The position numbers and the translations under genes were made by a program. Positions 56,692 through 64,000 of a DNA stretch of 64,000 bases are shown piece by piece. The notes below the pieces were generated by a model, which searched no databases, had not been told where the DNA came from, and saw nothing but the letters and a program-made list of their open reading frames with translations. Each line of letters starts with the position of its first letter. Within the stretch, counting starts at the first letter, position 1. Source of the stretch: Deltaproteobacteria bacterium (GTDB taxonomy: Bacteria > Myxococcota_A > UBA796 > UBA9615); assembly GCA_023954745.1 (NCBI GenBank), contig JAGSHC010000001.1, positions 85,672 through 149,671 on the forward strand, given 5' to 3'.

Positions 56692-58467
56692 CTACTCCCA
56701 AGGGTCGGGACGCGGGACGCGTACAGCGAAGACGCCGCAGCGATTTGCGACGTACAACGTAGCGGAACCGGACTCCAGGACAACCTGCCTCGGAGGCGCG
56801 CCCACGCTGACCGCGCGTTGGTGCCAGGTGACGTCGAGATCGACCAGGGTCACTGAGGCATCGATCGGGGAGGAGACGTAGGCCGCGCGTCGCTTTGGCG
56901 AGTAGTGCACGGCGCCGGGCCAGACCCCCACGCGCACCGTGTCGGCGCGCCCCGCGAGGGTCTCTCGCACGCGCGCCTCGGGGTCGGAGGCGGAGGCGTG
57001 AAGGGTCGGCACGGGGACGGGTGGCCCCCGCAGCTCCAGGTGGCCAGTGGGGCCTCGCGCGATGAGGAACCGGCCCGGCGAGGAGGCGACGTCCGCGGCC
57101 CAAGGCACGGGACCGCTCGTGGCCACGGCCCCTACTGGGCTCACCACCTGCGCCTGGGCGAGAGGCCCGGGCCCGAGGGTGAGCAAGCCTCCTGACAGCA
57201 CCTCGCGTGGCGTGCCTGGGAGGTCGAGGGGCTGAGTCGCGACTCCGGTGACTCGGACGGTCCGCTCCCCACATCCCAGAAGGAGGTGGGCTCCCTCATC
57301 CAGCGCCCGGTCGGGCCGACAGCCGAGCTCGACGGTCTCCGCGCTCTCCATGAGGAGCCGAGGAACATCCCAGCGCTCGATGAGGGCTCCCTCTTCCTGC
57401 GGCACCACGCGGGTGACGAGTCCTCCCGGCTCGAGGGGGCTCACGAGGAGTCCCCCGGGGGGATCCAGCGCGATGCTGTCTCCGAGGGCCCCCGTCACGG
57501 TCATTCGCCGCAGCGAGGCGCCCTCGTCGGCGAGAAGAGCGAGGTAGCCGAGGTTGCCGGCGGACAGAGCGATGCCGTGCACGTCGCGTGCCTCGAGCAG
57601 GGTCTTCACGGGGGCTTCTTCGGCGACATCCGCGCAGCGCCAGCGTTCTGTGAGGGCGAGCCGTCCCGAGGCGCACGCGCAGACCACCAGGGCGTAGAGC
57701 AGGACCCGCGATCGACCCCGGGCGTCTCGAGGGAGTTGGGGTGGGTAGGCCCCGACGACGGCCCCGAGGACGGCCGCCGAGAGCCAGGCCTGGTCGCTGC
57801 CGAACGTCGCGACGAGGACGAGGGACCCGACGACCCCGCCAAGGATGCTGGCCGCGCCGCGCATGGCCGGACCGGCGAGGAGCGGGATGGCCGCGAGGGG
57901 GAGGAGGACCGCGGCGCCATCTGCCACCAGGGGACGATCGCTGAAGAAGTGCGCCACGAGGTCGAGGGCGTCCTGCGGGACGAGGCCGGGCCCGAAGGGC
58001 CGAGACGTCGCCAGCCCCCACCAGAGAACTGGTAGGGCTGCGATCTCCCAACGCGCGGGACCGGGCTGAGGGCCCCGCTCGGCGTCGGCCGGGGGAGGTG
58101 AGGGGTCCTTGGCTGTGAACCATGCGGCGACGAGGAAGACGGCCGCGATCCACGGGAGTGGGCGGGCCACGGCCGCGACTGGGGCCAGCATGGCCAGCGC
58201 CGCGATCCAAACGACCGGTCGGATGGTCCCAGGGACCCGGGAGTTGGGCCGCGCGAGGCCGATCGCAGTGAGAATCAGACAGATCAGACCCCCCGTCAGG
58301 GGGAATTGAGACGGAATTCGCGCGAGAAACGAACCTGGGATCGAGGCGAGATCGAGCCACTCTGGAGAGGTCCCCGCTCCCCACGAGATGAGGAGCGGAG
58401 CCAACGCCGCTGCGGGGATCAGGGCCCATCGTGAGGACGTTGAAAGCGCTGCGAAACCCTGGCTCAT
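56692..58467 (-). CDS. Multi-pass membrane protein with a C-terminal beta-propeller-like (YncE-like) domain
   Basis: Hydrophobic N-terminal half; C-terminal VRVG..P...AYVS and VSVG..P...LYVAN repeats. Confidence 0.6.
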   Translation of the reverse strand: MSQGFAALSTSSRWALIPAAALAPLLISWGAGTSPEWLDLASIPGSFLARIPSQFPLTGGLICLILTAIGLARPNSRVPGTIRPVVWIAALAMLAPVAAVARPLPWIAAVFLVAAWFTAKDPSPPPADAERGPQPGPARWEIAALPVLWWGLATSRPFGPGLVPQDALDLVAHFFSDRPLVADGAAVLLPLAAIPLLAGPAMRGAASILGGVVGSLVLVATFGSDQAWLSAAVLGAVVGAYPPQLPRDARGRSRVLLYALVVCACASGRLALTERWRCADVAEEAPVKTLLEARDVHGIALSAGNLGYLALLADEGASLRRMTVTGALGDSIALDPPGGLLVSPLEPGGLVTRVVPQEEGALIERWDVPRLLMESAETVELGCRPDRALDEGAHLLLGCGERTVRVTGVATQPLDLPGTPREVLSGGLLTLGPGPLAQAQVVSPVGAVATSGPVPWAADVASSPGRFLIARGPTGHLELRGPPVPVPTLHASASDPEARVRETLAGRADTVRVGVWPGAVHYSPKRRAAYVSSPIDASVTLVDLDVTWHQRAVSVGAPPRQVVLESGSATLYVANRCGVFAVRVPRPDPWE

Positions 58468-58598
58468 CGGCAGGGAGAGTAACGCGACCAGCCTGCCTGA
58501 ATGGACGGGAGGGGCTCGTGAGCCCTATAATCCGGCGTTCGTAGATGGCAGTTTGGAGCGAAGCTCCTTGCGTTCCAGCGAAGTCGAGGCGGACCTGC

Positions 58599-59423
58599 AT
58601 GTCGGATGAGAGCGGGAACACGGGCGAGGGAGAGTCGGAGGACTCCGCCCTCAGCGAGCTGAAGAACCGACTCGCTCCAGCCGTGGGTGGATTGTCGGAC
58701 GTCGGTCGAGTCCGGGAACTAAACGAAGACAACTGGTTCTGGGCTCCCCTGGACGAGGAACTCGTGCTGTACGCGGTTGCGGATGGCATGGGTGGCCACG
58801 ATCGGGGCGAGGTTGCGAGCCAGGTCGCCGTGGAGCAGCTCTTTGTAGCCGCCCGCGCGGGACTCGCCACCCTCACCACGCGGGAGATTCCGGCGCTCCG
58901 CGACATGCTTCGCGAGGCCATGCAGACCGCGAATCGCGCGGTGGTGACGGCCGGCGAGGAGAACGACTCGAACATGGGGACCACGCTGACGTGCTCCCTC
59001 GTCTACAAGGACTCGGACGCAGTGGTCGCCAACGTGGGTGACTCGCGGGCCTACCTGGTGCGAGAGGGGCGACTCAAGCCCATCTCCCAGGATCACAGCC
59101 TTGTGGCCTATCTGGTTCAACTCGGGGAGCTGACTGCCGAAGAGGCACGTACGCACCCCTCGGGGAACATCCTCGTGCGCTCCATCGGTTCGATGCCGGA
59201 GGTCGAAGTCGACGTCTATCACGTCGAGGTGCAGAGGGGAGACCGGATCATGATCTGCAGTGATGGGCTCTGGGGAGAGATCTCCGACGCCGACATTCAG
59301 ACCTTGATGAAGGACAACCCCCTCCCCCAGGACGCCTGTCAGGCCCTGGTGGACCGAGCGAACGACGAGGGAGGCCGTGACAACACGACGCTCATCGTTG
59401 TCGAGGTCGGGGGCGCCGAGTAA
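58599..59423 (+). CDS. PP2C-family Ser/Thr protein phosphatase
   Basis: SDVGRVRELNED, VADGMGGH, MGTT, NVGDSRAY, DHS, CSDGL, GGRDNTT. Confidence 0.94.
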   Translation: MSDESGNTGEGESEDSALSELKNRLAPAVGGLSDVGRVRELNEDNWFWAPLDEELVLYAVADGMGGHDRGEVASQVAVEQLFVAARAGLATLTTREIPALRDMLREAMQTANRAVVTAGEENDSNMGTTLTCSLVYKDSDAVVANVGDSRAYLVREGRLKPISQDHSLVAYLVQLGELTAEEARTHPSGNILVRSIGSMPEVEVDVYHVEVQRGDRIMICSDGLWGEISDADIQTLMKDNPLPQDACQALVDRANDEGGRDNTTLIVVEVGGAE

Positions 59424-59995
59424 TGCGGGCTCTGGTCCTCAGCGCGCTCGCGGCAGCCCTCCTCGTGGCGCCCGCGTCGTACGCGGGCCGGCTCGATCCC
59501 AGCGCGTTGCCCACCATCGGTGGAACGGCGCCCGCCTTCGGACTCGAGGCATTCCGCGCCCGCGGTGAGGAAGAGACCTCGAAGCGGGTCGTGCAGCTCG
59601 ACGACTTCTGCGGGATGCGTCCCGGCTCCACGTCGACGTTGCTGGTCGCATTCGTGAACAACTCGACCGCGGAGGCCGACTTTGCGGCCCTGAACCAGTG
59701 GGCCCGCAAGTACTCCCGCGATGGCTTCGTGTCGATCGCCATCTCCACGGAGTCGAACCAGACCGCGATGTCCGAGTTGGCCATGAAGGGGCGCAAGAGC
59801 TTCCCGATTCTGGACGACAGCTACGGAATCGTGGCCCAGCGGTACGGCATCAACGGAGCGCCATTCTCCCTGCTGCTCGACAATGGCTGCAAGGTGCTCG
59901 GCATGAGCGACCAGGCAGTGAGCGTCGACGCGGATCGGCTGAGCAGCTCGATCGACGAGCGCGCCAAGAACGAGCGGGTCCTCCGCAAGAAGTAG
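59423..59995 (+). CDS. Secreted TlpA/peroxiredoxin-like fold protein without CxxC
   Basis: Signal peptide; IGGTAPAFGL, FPILDD...AQRYGI..AP...LLD; TAATG overlap with the phosphatase. Confidence 0.7.
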   Translation: MRALVLSALAAALLVAPASYAGRLDPSALPTIGGTAPAFGLEAFRARGEEETSKRVVQLDDFCGMRPGSTSTLLVAFVNNSTAEADFAALNQWARKYSRDGFVSIAISTESNQTAMSELAMKGRKSFPILDDSYGIVAQRYGINGAPFSLLLDNGCKVLGMSDQAVSVDADRLSSSIDERAKNERVLRKK

Positions 59996-60064
59996 CCTGG
60001 AGTTCGACGACCGAGCTCCTGAGTCTCGGGCCGTCCAACCGGTGTCTCATCCATGAGATGCCGC

Positions 60065-61771
<1,707 letters not shown>

Positions 61772-61944
61772 CGCTCGGTAATAGACCCGGAGGGTGTTGA
61801 TTTGGTGCGAAGTTGGAACAACCAACGCCTACACAACTTCTCAACATATTCGGCAGGGTCTGCAGTAGGTGCCGATGGTCACTGCGGTGACCGGCTATCG
61901 GCATAAGTAACTACGATTGTTCGTGAATGCGCGATTTACAGATG

Positions 61945-61960
61945 TGGCCCGGAACTTGCT
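61945..61960 (+). promoter_or_regulatory. Sigma54 (-24/-12) promoter of the S8 peptidase gene
   Basis: TGGCCCGGAACTTGCT matches TGGCACG-N4-TTGCW at all but one position; lies between a divergent enhancer-binding protein gene and its likely target. Confidence 0.85.
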
Positions 61961-62005
61961 CTCTTGGGGGACGTCGCTCGGTCAGCGATGGAAAGGACCC
62001 CTTCG

Positions 62006-63664
62006 ATGCGCAGAATCTTCAGCCTCCTCGCGCCCTCTCTCCTCGCCCTCCCCGGTTGTTACGTGGGGGAGGACACCGGGCTCATCGAGTTTTCGGAGCA
62101 CGAGATCGCGGGTGAGTACGTGGTCGGCATCTCGGACGAGGCGTCGGAGGCAGACCTGCAGAGCCTCGCGGAGCGTGAGGGTCTCGACCTCGTGGAGATG
62201 CGGAACTCGGATCGGCTCGCCGTTCTGGTCGATCCCCAAGGCCGCGAGCGCGACGCGCTGCTCGGCACGCTCGACGAAGACCTCGCCACCACGTGGGCCG
62301 AGCCGCAGTTCATCTATCGCCCCTCCTCGATGCCGAACGACTACGGCGAGTACATGTGGGGACTGAACAACACGGGCATGAACGGTGGCACCGCCGGCGC
62401 AGACATTGACGCATTCGGGGCCTGGGACATCACCCGCGGGAGCGGAGTGGTGGTGGCGGTCATCGATACGGGCGTCGACGTCACCCATCCTGACCTGGTG
62501 CCCAACCTCTGGGTGAACCAGGGCGAGATCGCGGGCAACGGCATTGACGACGACGGCAATGGCTACGTCGACGATGTCAACGGCTACGACTTCGTGAACC
62601 GGGACGCCGACCCGAACGACCGGGACGGCCACGGGACCCACGTCGCGGGCTCCGTTGCGGCGAGAGGAGACGACGGCTACGGCGTGCCCGGCGTCGCGTA
62701 CGAGGCCCAGATCATGTCGCTCAAGTTCCTCGATGGGTGGAACGGGGGCCTCTCCTCTCAGGCCGCTGAGGCCATCACCTACGCGGTGAACAACGGCGCG
62801 GACGTCATCAACGCCTCCTGGGGAGGCCCCGGGTACTCGTCGGCGATCCGCAACGCCATCGCCTACGCCCGATCCCGTGGGGTGGTCTTCGTGGCGGCCG
62901 CCGGGAACGAGGGTCGTAACAACGACAGCACCGGGAGCTACCCCGCGAACTACAACCTCGACAACGTCATCGCGGTGGCGGCGACCGATCGCCGAGACCG
63001 TCTCGCGAGCTTCTCCAACTACGGGGCGAGTCGCGTGCACGTCGCGGCTCCCGGGGTCGACATCGTGTCGACGGTGCCCGGGCCCAACTGGGAGTACCAG
63101 GACGGCACGTCGATGGCGTCACCCTACGTGGCGGGTGCGGCGGCGCTGCTTCGCGCGGCCGTCCCGAACCTGACCCCCGCAGGCGTGCGCCAGGCGCTGA
63201 TGGACTCCGCGGTCGATGTCCCTGCCCTGTCGGGTCTCGTTGCCAGCGGACGCATCGACGCCTTCGCCGCCCTCGACCGGGTGGGCGCGGTGGTGGACCC
63301 GGGGCAGGAAGAGCCGGAGGAGCCGGAGGAGCCCGAGCAGCCGCCGCCGGCCGAGTGGACCTTCGAGCCGTTCTCCGTGGCGTCCCCGCATCCGTACTCG
63401 AACAACTTCTCGGGCCAGGTGCAGATTCAGGCGCCCGCGGGGGCGACGGAGCTCCGAGTGCACTTCACCCGCATCGACGTCGAAGCCAACTACGACTTCG
63501 TGGTGGTGCGCGACGCGGCGGGGACCAAGCTCGCCGAGTGGACGGGTGACCTCGGCGCCGTCGTCTCCGAGGCGCTCCCTCACGCCGCCGTCACCGTGCA
63601 CCTCTTCACCGATGGCAGCGTGACCGAGTGGGGCCTGCAGATCGAGGGATACAGCTGGCGCTGA
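62006..63664 (+). CDS. Subtilisin-family (S8) serine peptidase lipoprotein with a C-terminal CUB-like domain
   Basis: Lipobox ALPGC; triad VIDTG, GHGTHVAG, GTSMASP; AAGN; C-terminal SPHPYSNN...VEANYDFV...FTDGSV..WG. Confidence 0.93.
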   Translation: MRRIFSLLAPSLLALPGCYVGEDTGLIEFSEHEIAGEYVVGISDEASEADLQSLAEREGLDLVEMRNSDRLAVLVDPQGRERDALLGTLDEDLATTWAEPQFIYRPSSMPNDYGEYMWGLNNTGMNGGTAGADIDAFGAWDITRGSGVVVAVIDTGVDVTHPDLVPNLWVNQGEIAGNGIDDDGNGYVDDVNGYDFVNRDADPNDRDGHGTHVAGSVAARGDDGYGVPGVAYEAQIMSLKFLDGWNGGLSSQAAEAITYAVNNGADVINASWGGPGYSSAIRNAIAYARSRGVVFVAAAGNEGRNNDSTGSYPANYNLDNVIAVAATDRRDRLASFSNYGASRVHVAAPGVDIVSTVPGPNWEYQDGTSMASPYVAGAAALLRAAVPNLTPAGVRQALMDSAVDVPALSGLVASGRIDAFAALDRVGAVVDPGQEEPEEPEEPEQPPPAEWTFEPFSVASPHPYSNNFSGQVQIQAPAGATELRVHFTRIDVEANYDFVVVRDAAGTKLAEWTGDLGAVVSEALPHAAVTVHLFTDGSVTEWGLQIEGYSWR

Positions 63665-63723
63665 GTCTCAGAGGCTTGGTCGCCGCTTTGTATCGAGCGG
63701 GCGTCCCCGGGTAGCCTCCGGAC

Positions 63724-64000
63724 ATGCGACCTCGACTTCCGCTTCTCCTGTGCCTCGCCTGCCTCGCGGCCTTCGCCGTCTCCTGCAAGAAGAAGGCACC
63801 CGCTCCGCCGCCCGAGTTCGACTCGCCGCAGCGTGCCATGACGGGCAGCACCGCTTTGGAGAACCGAATCTCGGAGGCGGAGCGGCTGGAGCGTCTGACG
63901 GAGGAGGACCTCGTCACCTTGCGCGAGGAGGGGCTCAAGGTCGGCCAGACCAACCTGCTCTCCCAGTACATCGCCGCCCGCACGGGCCGGGGCGAGCTGC
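63724..64000 (+). CDS. Partial lipoprotein, runs off the window edge
   Basis: Read by hand: MRPRLPLLLCLACLAAFAVSCKKKAPAPPPEF...; open to the end. Confidence 0.7.
   Translation, partial: MRPRLPLLLCLACLAAFAVSCKKKAPAPPPEFDSPQRAMTGSTALENRISEAERLERLTEEDLVTLREEGLKVGQTNLLSQYIAARTGRGEL

Overview
A gene-dense, GC-rich bacterial chromosomal window with about 46 genes (two truncated at the edges). Gene content suggests a Myxococcota/deltaproteobacterial lineage (inference): three Hanks-type Ser/Thr kinases, sigma54 activators, MYXO-CTERM-like tails, DCDD-repeat surface proteins and many lipoproteins. I see no rRNA, tRNA, CRISPR array, transposase or phage genes. Recognisable modules are an NtrB/NtrC-like pair with thiE and a pabB-like gene; a molybdenum cofactor cluster (moeA, mobB-mobA fusion, moaA, fdhD); a cysM-mec-cysO-moeZ sulfur-carrier operon; ilvE; an ABC-2 exporter; two tandem giant DCDD-repeat surface proteins; and a sigma54 activator facing a subtilisin lipoprotein across a clear -24/-12 promoter. 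Most interesting: (1) a membrane Ser/Thr kinase with a TonB-like Pro/Lys spacer, translationally coupled to a TPR-bearing TonB-dependent receptor, a candidate kinase-based cell-surface signalling system; (2) an MmgE/PrpD gene interrupted by one in-frame TAG; (3) several apparent pseudo-enzymes (shrunken YdeP/FdhF without its Cys-His, His-less histidine kinase, M1-peptidase-like/Omp85 fusion without HEXXH, CxxC-less redoxin); (4) a YihQ-like GH31 with the sulfonate-binding Arg replaced by Asp; (5) a recurrent TAnnn(T/C) hexamer 6-8 nt before start codons, suggesting widespread leaderless mRNAs. All family calls come from motif reading by eye, not database searches. Many starts are re-assigned relative to the ORF track.
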